A stretch of 63,783 nucleotides of DNA, counting the filler, from Choristocarpus tenellus KU-1152 (lineage: Eukaryota > Protista > Phaeophyceae), in NCBI GenBank assembly GCA_964200185.2. It is 12 parts of 12 records of this genome, joined end to end, with 100 filler letters (N's around TTAATTAATTAA, not from the genome) between each part and the next. Parts side by side here need not be neighbours in the genome. Positions count along the whole stretch, not along the records: positions 1 to 4,373 come from CAXNAD020014854.1; positions 4,474 to 9,440 come from CAXNAD020012341.1; positions 9,541 to 14,978 come from CAXNAD020010776.1; 9 more parts are not named here. One strand, written 5' to 3'. This document shows positions 1 to 12,714 of this stretch, piece after piece; the first letter of the stretch is position 1; every line of letters begins with the position of its first letter. The position numbers and the translations under genes are program-made. The notes under the pieces are model-generated. The model was given only the letters and a program-made list of their open reading frames with translations. It did no database searches and was not told the origin of the DNA.

Positions 1-43
1 GTGAAAAACGGACGCCGACACCCCCCCCAAGATACTTTGACCC
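1..43. mobile_element. MITE family A terminus (GGGTCAAAGTATCT variant), intronic
   Basis: Poly-C followed by AAGATACTTTGACCC, the reverse complement of the family TIR. Confidence 0.75.
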
Positions 44-104
44 TCTTCCCTTACTCTAAGTGTTGGAAAGAAAGATATCAAGAAAATAGGGCAATCACCC
101 TTAC

Positions 105-3100
105 CTGAGGAATAGATATGCCAGTCATGCCGACATGGTGCTCAAACTGGTCAAAGTAGTTCGAGATAGTTATGTTCTCATCGAAACTGCTGGGAAACCC
201 GTTACTCTCTCCAAGAAGACGTGCCAACATTTTCCTTGCCTCTGCGTTGATCTCTCTGGGAAGAATGAGATCCGTGGCAAAGCTAAATGATGGCGCCTTG
301 AAGCCGAGCAAAATTGAGCTGACCAACGCACGCCTTTGGTGGGGCAGAGGAACCTTTTCGATCTCATACCACGACACCAAGAGCTCCCTGAGAGGTGAGT
401 AGATATCCTTGACTAAAGGGTCGCGCATGACAATGGTCCCGGGCTCGATATAGTATATGAAACTTTGTGTATTGTTGCACATTTGATCCGCCCAAAGTTC
501 TGCATAGTTGACCACGGTTGAGTTGTAGATTGTTACATCAGGGACTGCATCAAAGGCCCTGCACAAATTTAAAGGAGCCATTAACCGAAGAGAGTGAGAG
601 CAAGTCATTGCTTTGTGGGAAAACTGCCCAGTGGGCTGGATGGGAGATGAGATCTGGTATCGTGTCGTCCTGTTGGTGATGTGTCTCACTACAGGACTAA
701 AGAACAAAACAGTTTTGAAGGTGTACTTGGTAGTTTTTCGGAGCTACGAAGGGCCCATATATTTTCATTCAATCTCACACTTCCAGTCAAGAAAGAAAAT
801 CATTACAAATTTGATACCCCTTTAATTGAAACGACTCTGTGAATGGTCTGCCATAAACCTCTTACCCTGTACAAACTGCTGCCACATACAAACAGAGAGA
901 TATCTGACATTTTGGAATCAGTCGAGTGGTATGGTGCACTACCATGCGTAATTGTGACCAAGTGGTCATGGACGCTATTGCCTCCAAGAATTTTTGGGTG
1001 TCGATGCCAGGCATTTTCTTATGGAAATCTAATTGTAAATGTTCAGCGTCCAAGTGACAAGCACTGAAAGAGTTACACTCTCCTACCTATTACTATATCA
1101 TAAAGACCTCAGACCAAGAATCAGGCAGCAAGGCTCACTTTCTTGGAGAAATCAGGGTAGGTCTAGCACAACAAGATGCAAGGGATCAGGTTAAACGATG
1201 ATGGTGGTAGCATGATATACCTCAGACCTTCCACAAAAAGGCTTTGCGCCATTTGCTATTACCATCGTCGCCATTTATAGTCACTTGCCTGCTGAAAGAA
1301 AAAAACGAATGTGGGTTCGTCGCAATGACGACTTCTGCTCCTTTCATGAAGTGATGCACGCTCTCCACCGTCAAAATCGTTTCAGCAAGCACATGCTGGT
1401 AGCCCCGTAGTACAACACAATAGTCTTCGTGGTCGAGGCGCCTTGTTCGGTATGGGTTAATTGACGCTGAGCGTTCAGACGTTTCAACATCCACATTGAC
1501 AGAATCATCATCTTCCACTTCATCCTTTGGATCCCAGGTATCCGCCCTGTTGCAAAACTGTGGTAATGGGGGCTCATGGGTGTCACACATCACTACCCTC
1601 CCACCTACATGAAGTGCATTGGTGTCAGCCTCTCGGGCTATCTTTTCGTCATTGAAGCATGGGCGACAAGAGGTGTATCCTCTAAAACCACAGTTGTAGG
1701 CTCCAAAGCGCTGATCATTGCAGGTGGCATCGCATATCTGGTACAACCAAAGGGGTATATTACTGGAATGCGTAAGGGAGTTGGCAGTGGATCATGTGTT
1801 GGTAGATTGTGAGAATATATGTGGGACTACTTAGTGAAATGTCTTTTTGGACAACAAATACTGCGTAGCACATCACTGTGAGGAAAGGAGGATTTTTCAA
1901 CTGCTGCTGACAGACGCGACGCCATAATACTTCAAATACAAACCATTAAGTGTGGCAGGTGAAGTGAACGGCAATCTATGCACATTTTACTCGTATCGTA
2001 CAAATTTGAACCTGCAGGATATCCATGGATCAGCCATCCTTCTCACTCACCGCATCCCCATCGGAAGTGCACTCCCAATCACATTCCTTTGCTGGTGGTG
2101 GTGATAGCGTGTCACACATGATAACATGTTGTCGTTCATGACAAGTATTATTGGATCCTCTATCCATATTTTGCATCGAGCGGTGCCACAGCACCATTTC
2201 CTCTTTCTGTGCTTCCTCGATGTCAGTGAAGCAAAGGCGGCAGTCTTTTCCATATTTGGCTCTATCACCGACCCCACACATATAGCCTCCAAAACGGGGT
2301 AGCAGCTTGCCTCCACCCCGTGAGCATGAAGGGTCACAAGTAGTACTTGTGCCCTTGGGCAACGGTCCATGAACACTGCCACCACAGAACTGTGTACATT
2401 CACTCTCGGAAACAGAGTCAATCCCTAAGCGATTCGGCACTCCACTAGGCCCTCTGTGTTTTTTCCCGCCCGCTCCAATAGAGCTCCCACGAACAAACAT
2501 GGTTTCCCCATTTACCGCGTGCCGTAGAGTTTCATGTGTCACATCTAGGAAGCCAACATTCGCGATCTAAAATGACAGACAAGAGGGAAGCAATCATTCC
2601 ATGTCATCAATGGTGTGAAAGTATGGTATAGCTCGTATATCCCTAACACAATATTTTTCGCGTCGAGGAACAAATAATGTATACAAAAAGTGTTTGGAGC
2701 ACTCCTAAGATAACCTCTAATACGTAGGATTTGTCTCTATTCAACACGCACGAAATGATACAGGAATGAACTTCGTGCCTCATAAACACCCATAACTTTC
2801 AAGAACCCGTGCAAGACCCAGACATGTCCAGAAATATATTCATTCATCTCACCAAGCTAGACGCCACAAATTTTCTGGAGTAGTGTTGCCACAAAAGCCA
2901 ACTGTACGGAAAGTCTGATATGGTGGCCCAAATTGCCACATCAAAGGGGTAGTTATGGCCCCATTGATTTCTTGCGTAGTTTAGGAACTCTGTGAACGCC
3001 TTGTCAGTATTGTTGTATATGGCGTTTCCATTCAGGTGGCCGAGTACATGCCAGGATTCAGTCATAGTAACCGTGGTATGGAAGTTATCCCCAACAAGAG

Positions 3101-3968
3101 CGCTTCCCTTCACCCAAAATGCCTCGTCAGAACCGAATGCCGACGAGTACAGTCTATCGAACGACGTCTCGTGCGTGACAACGACGTCCCACTCAATCCA
3201 CGCGAGCATATCGTAAGAAGATACTTGTTTCTTGATCTCATCATCTAAAAACAGTTTGTAAAACTGGACAGTAGGACCTATCGGGTACGTCATCTCCTGT
3301 CATAGGCAAGTAGAGGACGAGGGTGGGGATGTGTTAGGGCATACTCGATGCACTGATGATACTATGAGGCAAAATCTTGACAGAACGTTTTCTTTGAGAC
3401 ACAATCAGGCACAGAGCAACACCAGGACCTTCGGGGAGAACAGGCTACACGTGTGTCTGACTTAAGAAGAATTTGAATCTCACACCTTCACTTTGAGACG
3501 TGCATATATGATCTTTCTCGATTTGAAGCAAGAAGGAGCTGGTTGGTTAAACTCATCCGACAGGCCATCTGGCATTGTGTCCTCAGTCCCGGTGTAGTAC
3601 ATTATGAGGTCCATGTACGTCGCCGTTGAAGAAGAGCACAGTGAAGACCACTGCTTAAGAGATCGTGCGACACGACCAATGTCGCCTAGATATGTTGGGA
3701 CCACCACCGCCATCCTCCGTCCGTCACTGAAGTTTGACAGCAAACTCGCATCCTCCACGGGTCCAAATCCAACAAAACCAAAGTATAGGAAAGCGGTAAT
3801 GACGCAGAGAAGGTAGATGGCCGGGTGAAGTTGAGTAAAGAAATGATGGAGTCCCGACAGTGTGTACCTTCCCCCCATGAAAGTCTTTGGAGGTTTTGCC
3901 TTCGGAACATTGTTGTAGGAACTCGACGAGAAGGGGTAAGAAGCGGACCGGGACGCTGATCGAAGCAT
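105..3968 (-). CDS. Type II membrane protein with two glycosyltransferase (GT-A)-like regions separated by two Cys-rich repeats; 3'-partial
   Basis: Phase-consistent exons: 3968-3486, 3296-2853, 2566-2051, 1737-1289 (GC donor) and 558-105, continuing past the window start. N-terminal TM helix (AIYLLCVITAFLYFGFVGF) is followed by MAVVVPT, IEWDVV (ExD), FWVKGS and HLNGNAIY. The second region reads YCVVLRGY...YAELWADQMC...YYIEPG. The GT call rests on motif resemblance only. Confidence 0.75.
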
Positions 3969-4196
3969 GTTGTCTCACGACTACTGTATTGTGTTGTGGT
4001 GTGGGCAGTTGAAACCCACCAAATGTTACAATTGAAATAATACACGCGTATTTTGGAAAATGTGAATTATGGAGGAACAAAAGAACAGTATTTTCTCTTC
4101 AGTCAAACAAGACATTGAAAAATTTTGTGAGTTTCTGTTCAGGAAATGATTTTTTTGATGGCAATGAGTGTGGATATATGTTATATATATATATAA

Positions 4197-4373
4197 CAGT
4201 CGATTCCAAAAATTAAGGATGGAGCTTTTCATTGAGGATAGGATAGACCCAAAATTAACTGGGATAAAGTGTAGATACGTTTTTTGTTTTAAATGACAAT
4301 ACGAAAAAAAACATATCGTCACTTTATCCCAGTCAATTTTGGGTCAAGCTCATCCTCAATGAAAAGCTCCATC
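4197..4373. mobile_element. Fold-back MITE, family C, cut by contig end
   Basis: About 70-bp inverted arms GATGGAGCTTTTCATTGAGGAT...GGGATAAAGTG / CACTTTATCCC...ATCCTCAATGAAAAGCTCCATC; second copy at 50339-50511. Confidence 0.8.
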
Positions 4374-4473
4374 NNNNNNNNNNNNNNNNNNNNNNNNNNN
4401 NNNNNNNNNNNNNNNNNTTAATTAATTAANNNNNNNNNNNNNNNNNNNNNNNNNNNNNNNNNNNNNNNNNNNN
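4374..4473. other. Artificial contig linker (first of 11)
   Basis: 44 N + TTAATTAATTAA + 44 N. Identical linkers at 9441-9540, 14979-15078, 21288-21387, 27534-27633, 39249-39348, 44445-44544, 47164-47263, 50512-50611, 53690-53789 and 60185-60284. Confidence 0.98.
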
Positions 4474-4554
4474 ACCACCCTAAAATTGCAACAACGAAAA
4501 AATTGGCCCCAAATTGTTACCCCCCCCCCCCCCCCCCCCCATATACTTTGAGCC
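4474..4554. mobile_element. MITE family A, partial
   Basis: AATTGGCCCCAAAT...poly-C...ATACTTTGAGCC. Confidence 0.7.
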
Positions 4555-7500
4555 AGTCCCATCAAAGAGAGCAGAAACTAGCTATCATTCCATCAAATTT
4601 TCCTTCTGGAGACTCCCCATACCTTGAAGGTCCCATTTGCATCGTACTCATGTTCAACTACTGGGCTGCCTTATAAAAGTGAAAGGGCAATTTGCAATAA
4701 GAGGGAACAAGCAATGCAGGAAAGTTAGGACAATCAAGAATGGGATTCAACCCATCAAAATCTTATACTTCTTAGATTTTTGGAGTAATACTCATCAAAT
4801 AGGGATATTTTTTGGGGGGCTATTGTGGCATTTCCTCGTTTGCACATTACCCCTCTTGACCCAATATTTATCTGTCACTGAAGTCACTAGCCAAGCTAAG
4901 GGTCGTTTCCAATCACAGGAGACTTTTTACTTAGTATGAGGAGCTCGGGGGGGGGAATTCAGACTACTTGTGACATGTGACAGAGGACACTAATTGACCG
5001 GCTTCTGTGCAGTAGGACTAATCCAATATTGAAGAGGAAGGGTATGTAGCATTCAGGATATCAGAATTGAAGGTTGAGCATATTAAGCCTATGTATAATC
5101 AATCCACTGGTGAAGGTCTTCATCTAGTGTTAGTGTCCACCTATACAAGAAATGTCTTACCTGTATTCACTACTGTACTTTCAAGTGTCATATATTGATA
5201 CTAGTACATAGTCCAGAGTGGAACATATGTTGACAGATCACTCCCCTGGAGAAAACGTTTATCAATATCACCGGTAGTGCTGTCATTCCGAATCCAAATA
5301 AGTATTCATGCATCATTTTAACCCACACACACGTACAGGTGGCCCACTCGTCCAGCCAATGCAGAATACACTGGATATCAGACAAGATCAGACAGCTGCA
5401 GCAAGAGATTGATCTAGACTCTGACTTACTTACAATAGTCAATGAGGGTTGAACTACAGGGATTGGCGGCTCACAGGGAGGGAAAACGATTGGTGATGAA
5501 TTGCAGTATTTTTGGTTAGGTCCTCTCAGTTCCTTTCCGTTTTCCGTGCTGCCGTGGGCAGACAAGGCTGCATGACAGTGGTGCTTGAACTAGGTGCCTG
5601 CCTAGGTTTTTGGTGCAATCAAACTGAGGCCAGTCAGTGCTATCGTGTGATTGTATGAGTTGTACACGTAAAGATCAGAAACAAAATGTTGTAGGTAAGA
5701 GAATGAAGGAGTGTGGGTGGTAATTTGTCTCTTTTTTCTCCATTTCTCCTGTTCCATTTGAAGGTACACCTCAAAATCGTTCAAAATCTTGATACTACGC
5801 TGAGGAACTTGTATTACTATAGTGTAGGTACATGCTAGTGTGGCGGCCAGTCATCTTGTACAACATGTACTGCAGAGTGTATGTCTGGTGGTGTCTTTTT
5901 CCCTCTTGGGGCGAGGCTGTGCACAACTCATGGAGCTTTCTCAACTAGTAAACTTGAGAGTGGAAACATACCGCAAGCATTTTTTGTCTTCTCTTCCCCT
6001 GGGAATAATAGTTGCAATAACACACACAACACCACAGGGTTGTATCAACAGGTGCAATATATCCTGCATGTACCGGAGTACTAGTGGTAGATATGTACAG
6101 AACACATATCCCCAAAAGTTGGGCCACAAGAGTGCAACTACGCAGATTAGGACCTCAAAATGATCGAAGTGTTTGACCACCAAAGAGAACTACTGTGGTC
6201 TGCTACTAATACACATAAATATCCACCACAACATTCATGCTTGTTGCCCCAGATAGATTGGTAGGCTCCAATTATGCCATTGACGAAGTAGACTGGTTGA
6301 TCGGTGCACTAATAGCAACAAGGTGGAATAACATAGTAGTATCTACATCCTCTGGTGCACATGGTATTCAGTACATGCACTATACGGTAGCAACACATAA
6401 ATTATGTCATTTAGCTGAGACTGCAACAAGGTGTTTGAAGTTCACTTACTTGTAAGGACCTCATTACACTTTTGCAAGCAAATAAAATAAACAATAAAGA
6501 AGTAGCAGCATAGGGGTCTGTGTCAAATCATAGGGAAAAATAGGGGGGGTATTATTTTGTGCTGTAGTCATGCTCTATTTTTTTTTGTCGCCATCATGAT
6601 CACAGTCTATTTGCACTTGTTTGTACTTCAGTAGTTGCATACTTCCCAAGTGTTGTGAATCAGAAGGTATATCATTAGACATGATCGAGCACTTCTTGCT
6701 TGCTTGTGGTATTCCCTAACCAGACATACTAAGAATACTAGTGTATGCCATCATGACAAGTATATTTTCTTTGGACAGGAGAACGCAACACACTGGGTAC
6801 TTTGTTTTTCGTGTAATTTTGAGTGTTTGAAATGTGCATATGGTTCACGTCAAGTTCAGAAAAATAGTGTACTATTATTACTTCATTATGGATATCATTT
6901 GTCACACCTTGTATTGTCAAACCCTATCTGCCCACGGTCAAATGTGCTACACACTGCACTACTTCTCGATCTAGCACTTGACTAACTCTTGCACTACGAC
7001 TGATTGTACTGCCTTCTTCCCTTCCTTGCTTCTCTCGCATTGGGTTCGGCACTTGGTGTGACCCCCAAACCATATCCTCATTCTTTTATCCGCCACCTTA
7101 ACCACAGATCCAAAAGAAGACGCTATCGCACTTACAAGGAGCTTTCTTTCCCCACAAATAGGAATGAGTCATTTCATTTTCATTTTCACTTATTCTGAAG
7201 ACCATCCTGACTCGTGTTTCGAGACAATACTTCTCATACTAATAAATAATCCATATCACTAAAATTACTGGAACTACCTGTTTTTGTACGACTCCATTCA
7301 TACCCTGCTTCTTCGACTTTGGGTTCAGTCATTCCTCTGCTTATCGCTTTGTTCCCTTCCTGGAATTGTTATTCCGTACCAGGGCAATGAAGCCTTGCCA
7401 CCGTTGGGTCTTTTTGTGTCATTCAAACAGGAAGGATAATATTTTTTCTACCCTATGTTTTTGTGGTGTAGTGAATCGTAGTGATGGAATCGTTACAATT

Positions 7501-7731
7501 CGATTTGTTCATGATCGCTCCAAAACCGAAGATCGAGGGGAAAACTTCGCTTGGTTAATTTCTCGTGAATGCTCTCTCCTCGTCCAGCTCAATGAATTGC
7601 GCGCCTTGATTCTTGCGATTATTTGTACGCTTGGAAAATAATCCAGTAGATGGAAAAATACTGACGAAGTATATGATTTTCGACTTTGACGCTACAAGAG
7701 TGAGGTTGTATCCACAGCGTTACAGCTTTTT

Positions 7732-7813
7732 GATCGTGTGCCCAAGCGGTTGAAAAGGGGGTGCCTAGGGCGTGATATATTAACACTCTAGGGTTTGAAC
7801 CCCACCGTGATCA
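7732..7813 (+). pseudogene. Degenerate long-arm tRNA (Leu-like) or tRNA-derived SINE head
   Basis: Acceptor stem GATCGTG/CGTGATC plus A, A-box-like TGCCCAAGCGG, B-box-like GGGTTTGAACCCC; the anticodon arm does not fold. Confidence 0.55.
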
Positions 7814-8334
7814 ATATTTGTCTCAGCCCCACAGACGCATATGTAGTGTTGTGAATCATAAGAATTTAGATTATGAGCTGAATCGCCACGAATTATTAAG
7901 TTCTTAAATGTCATCGAGCTGTTCGTAAAGCGCATGTGGCGAGGCGCGTTTCGTGGAACCGAGCGCCGAGGGCAGGGCAGGACTGCTAGACAAAAGATGC
8001 CCAGGGTGGTGAGGGGCTGGACCGGAGCCGATATTTTTTTGAGGTGCTGTTCATAATTTATTTCCGCCTCTTTTCCCCCACTACTAGATTCACTTTGGTG
8101 TGATGTCTGGACTGAGAGACTTTTAAAAACATGTATTATGTATAATCATGTTTAACGTATGTGCAGCTACACGTTGTTGCCTCTTTGCTCTTAAGGTACT
8201 GCAGTAGTAGTTTATTTTCTGTTGCCTTTCTTCAGCCTCCCATGCGTCATCCACCTTCATCCTGGTGCTGCGAAGGAAGAAATAGAGCTGACATTTTCTA
8301 GGCCCAGCCTGTTCGCTTTTATGTCACAATATTC

Positions 8335-8894
8335 CTAGCTGTTGAGGATATTCACCTTGAGTGTACTTATTGTGTAGTAGAAATGGCCAAAATGCTTTAA
8401 ATGCTGTGGGCAAGTCTCGCCAGACACGAAAAATTTTACCTCCTTTCCCATCATGGCTTGATTTAGTGGGTTGTTGTAAGCTCCACTTTGCATATAAATT
8501 GTTAAGAGCCCTCTTCCTGCAACCTCGAAGGCATCGGCCTCAATATGTGTTTCTTCCTCCAATTGCTCTCTGATTGTGCTTGTCTTCCAATATCCCACCA
8601 CCACCAGCTGAACTCCCCACACACATCGCAAGGGAAGCTCTTACGAACCCCTTCCTTGTGTTTCCTTGTGCCATTTATTGGAGGGCTGCCCCGCTCAACT
8701 TGGAGAGTACGTGGACATGGGCTTGGTTCTACCACTGGACTATTCTCTGCCTCCTGTTCTCTGTGCTCCTCCTTCACAATGCCTTCAACTTCCAACTCCA
8801 TCTGCCTACGAACGTCTTCATTGTGCCCATTCTCTGGAAAACCATAAGGATATTGGTATTGGGGTCCAGATAAGCAACCAGGACCTGCTTCCAC
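8335..8894 (-). pseudogene. Frameshifted ORF remnant, possibly transposon-derived
   Basis: Two overlapping ORFs (8502-8894, 8335-8631) with coding-like composition and a CDVC motif; no family recognised. Confidence 0.25.
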
Positions 8895-9234
8895 TTAAAC
8901 CCTCAGAGTGCTGGGCAGTATTCCTCCCTGTACCAAAGCAGTTAACAAAATCAGATAACGTTGCACTCACTTGCGCACTGGCATACAGCACTTTTCGTAT
9001 CCACTCCCTGTTCAGGTGTGGTGACTCTGAAGGTGCTGCACACTAGCACTAATTCACCCAGATTCACTCATACATCATAGATGATGATAATGGGGAGAAT
9101 TAGAGACAGAGTCACGCATGTGAAGGATGAAGGAATGGGGTATGTGTGATAGAGACTATCGTGAAAGACGCTGAATACACTATTTGTCAACAGCTTCGAC
9201 AGGTGAAAGGTGACTCATACAATTCATTCTTCCT

Positions 9235-9408
9235 AGCTCAAAGTATCTGGGAGTGTTGGTGGCTGTCTATTCGCGGCCCATTTTTCCATGTCGCGATTTT
9301 TGTGTATTTTGTTGCATGTGTTGGATGGATAATGTAAGTGCACCTTTCCTGGTCAGGGCCAGAATGGATACCCTAATGTGACCCCCCCCCCCTCCCATAC
9401 CTCGAGCC
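9235..9408. mobile_element. MITE family A, full length, degenerate
   Basis: AGCTCAAAGTATCTGGG...CATACCTCGAGCC; internal sequence aligns by eye with 55132-55304. Confidence 0.75.
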
Positions 9409-9540
9409 CCCACAACCGCTCCCGCTCTCTCCTTCCCCTTNNNNNNNNNNNNNNNNNNNNNNNNNNNNNNNNNNNNNNNNNNNNTTAATTAATTAANNNN
9501 NNNNNNNNNNNNNNNNNNNNNNNNNNNNNNNNNNNNNNNN

Positions 9541-9586
9541 GAAATGGACGCCCCCTTACAACCCCCCCCCCTAGATACTTTGACCC
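9541..9586. mobile_element. MITE family A terminus (GGG variant)
   Basis: AAATGGACG...poly-C TAGATACTTTGACCC. Confidence 0.7.
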
Positions 9587-10827
9587 ATTTGAAACAGTTG
9601 AGTGATTTATTTTGTGCTTCCTGGCATTCTGCGCATGTTTTGTTTTTTGTAGGGTTAGGGGAAAACAATGAGAACAAGAGTACCTTAGAATGCAATGAGC
9701 ACAGGAAATGGAGAGATTGTTCCTGTATATATCTCTCCGAAGATTATTCCAAGAATGCTAATTTTTTTTTTCTACTCGTAATTGTTTTTTGTTGAGGTTC
9801 GTATCTGACAGGCAGAGGGAGACCGACTGACATACAGTAGTCTAAGACCAAGTGATTTTATTTTAACCGACTTCTTTTCTTTTCTTTTCTTTGGTGGGTT
9901 GATCGTGATTGTAACTACTGTACTGTTCAGGTTATATTGTGTTTTTTGTTTTGATGCATTGATGTTAAAGGCACGTTGGAGCGTCAGCTCTTATGTTCGA
10001 CTTCGAAAAGACACACTCACGGCTACCAGAGCTTGTTGTACTACACACCCAGAGCTTGTTGTACTCATCATGCCGAGTGAGGGCATATTATGGTTTTGGG
10101 TGCTAGTGTCGTAAATATCCTCGTTCTAAGCCTTATATCCCCTCACAACTACTAGAACTGGTACTCAACCTCATTCCGAGCCGGTGTACAAGCCTCTCGG
10201 CAACTAGGTCGGTAACGGTTATTTACGCGCAGCCCAAGCCCTAGATGGGAAGTAGACGAGTTGTTGACGAGGCAGGTCCAGCCTGTGAGGGAAGAAGGGT
10301 TGAATGGGTTCGCCTGTTGGTGACCCTGGTTACCGTACGGCTTGCACAGTTGTGAATGGGGGGTGAGGATGTGATGATCAAAACGTGCTTGTTTGCGAAT
10401 TTGGCCACCCGGAGGTATGTGCGAGCAGTGTTTTTGACTCAGCGTGTAGATGATTTTAACTCTGCTTACTTGTAAGGAGTCCATTGCTGACTCTATCTCC
10501 CTCACGTGTCATGGCTACACCGATCGGGTGATACAAACACGCATGCCCCCCCCCCCCCCCCCCCCCCTCACACACACACACATACACCTCGCTCGATTCT
10601 TGTGGCTCTCAGTTGAACAAGCCAACATGCGCCATGGGCAGGCAGGTTGGTCGCTCCGAGTTGAGCCTATTTTCGTTTTTCGGGTCGGAAGACCCCGTGT
10701 TTTGCATGATACAACTTAGTGCGTTTTTTTTAATAGTGTTACATACCTTTATGCACATCATAGCGTTGTGTGTAAAAGGGATGATGTAGAGTAGGTCGGT
10801 CAGAGCATTGTTGAGCACGACAGACAA

Positions 10828-10831
<4 letters not shown>

Positions 10832-10862
<31 letters not shown>
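10832..10862. repeat. (GA)n microsatellite
   Basis: About 15 GA units. Confidence 0.95.
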
Positions 10863-10864
<2 letters not shown>

Positions 10865-12193
10865 TCTCTTGAGCTTTGCTGAACTGTGGACATTCTTGGC
10901 GAGCATGACGGATAGGCGTGCGCACTTTTCTTACCTGTATTCTTAAATTTTTTCACATTTCTTCCGTCATTTCTTTTGCTCAACTTAAAAAAAAAACATG
11001 AAAAAGTATTATGTACGAAAAAAAAATAATACAGAATTGGTGGAGCTGGTTTAAAAATAGTGGGGCCGAAAAACGAACGTAACCGTTGGTTGGGACAACG
11101 GATGTTATAGAGCAAGCGGTGCCGAACCAATGTTTTTTCTCTTAACAGCAGGCGTTGTGTGCGGGCGGGTCCTTTTTGTGCCATAGGTGATGTACGTTAC
11201 TTAACAAGAAAAAAAGAGCCCGAATCTCGTTGTGGATGATAGACTTGATAGGGTGGATATGGTTGAACATTTTTTGGGGGGGTTGTGCTAGCATCGAACG
11301 AGAGACTCTGCGGTCTGTGTAAAGTATGGAACGCTTTTGCTCTATTTGGGCTATATGCAACAGTGCTTGAAGTATGCCCTGACCGTTATAATGGAACTTC
11401 AGTTCGTCGGCATTGCGGTATGACTACATGAGATACAGTTGATGGTATTTGAAGAAGCGTGCTGTTAGTTTGTAGTACCTAGTGCCATGGCATTTCATCG
11501 ACAGCCCGTCTCTTCATTCAGAAAGAAGGGGAGTTTTACAGGGGTGTACTCTGTTGCACACGTTCATTGCACGGTGAGGTAATTCCCGTGGAGGTTAGTC
11601 TATATCCGTGTGTAGAGGTTCTATGTAACTGTATGTAACTGTGAGGTATGCTGACACGATATCGAATACTTTTTTTTTGCTTTTGTCGCGTGAAGAGGCG
11701 GTTTAGGAAGGAACTCGGACGATATGGTAGAGTACTGCAAAGGTATGAGTACATGTGGGAGATGATATTTTACAGCATGTGATTACGGCTGTGGTTTCAT
11801 TTGACGGTAAGGTATGTTTCAGTGTGCTACTGTTGTAGTTTGGTTGTAGATAGTACAATTGTAGTGGAGTTTTGAGTTGACGATAAAGTTATGGTTTGGT
11901 TTTGCTGCCGTATCGTCAACCGCGTAGACCCTAGAGTTTTGGTGGCAACATGGCAGTGGTAGATTAAAGATTCTCCTACAAAAAATTATGCAGTGGGAGC
12001 CTAGTTTTATGTCTAGTACTAGGAGTTGATGGAATAGACCTACAATTTGTTGCTTACTTAACACGGATTTTATACAAAACAACAGTATACACTACTGATA
12101 GATTTTGTATTTTTATGGAGACTGTGGTCAGCACGGTGTAGTTACACTACGGTAAAGGTATTAGGACAACTGAATAGTACAGTTATGGTACTA

Positions 12194-12714
12194 TTCCCTC
12201 TGTCCCATAAGTCTGTTCCTTTATGCATGAACCTCTTCGGGATGACCGCCAATTTAAAAACGGATTTTTGCGTTGGGTTCCTCGGAAGATTTTTACATAA
12301 GATGAGTTATATTTGAAAAATATATCCCGAAATTGTTCTGAATATATGGAACAGAAACGACGAACATATTCGGCCCATTTTGAGTGGACGCCTGCATCCT
12401 CGACCAGATCGCCTGTGATTGAAGAATGTTCGAGATATTTTCTAACACAAAAAACATCAAGGAATCCAATGCCAAAATCCGTTTTGAAATCGGAGTTCGT
12501 CCCGAAGAGGTACATGCATAAAGGAACAGACTTATGGGACGGAGGGAGTAATTATGTCGGCGTTTATCAGAGTTGTTCGGATTTTGAGTGAAAGTGAGGA
12601 AATGTATTCTAATGCGAAAATGTTAAGGAATCCAATGCAAAAATCCATTTTGAAATCGAAGATCATCCTGAAGAGGTACATGCATAAAGGAACAGACTTA
12701 TGGGACAGAGGGAA
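12194..12714. mobile_element. Stowaway-like (Tc1/mariner-type) MITE with a duplicated right arm
   Basis: TA|TTCCCTCTGTCCCATAAGTCTG at left; CAGACTTATGGGACGGAGGGAG|TA ending 12548 and CAGACTTATGGGACAGAGGGAA|TA ending 12714. Confidence 0.8.

Noticed and set aside
4374-4473. Recurrent TTAATTAATTAA palindrome as a biological repeat
   Set aside because: Always centred in exactly 44+44 N; it is an assembly spacer
10240-10370. Chromodomain-like WEVDELL...W.PYG...W stretch
   Set aside because: Short, broken by stops, and no adjacent integrase; too weak to call
10609-11184. 191-aa ORF as a gene
   Set aside because: Runs through a GA microsatellite and poly-A/T tracts; no recognisable motifs
11778-11813. 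Possible mini-exon HVITAVVSFDGK of the thioredoxin-like gene
   Set aside because: Weak similarity, and the intervening exon was not found
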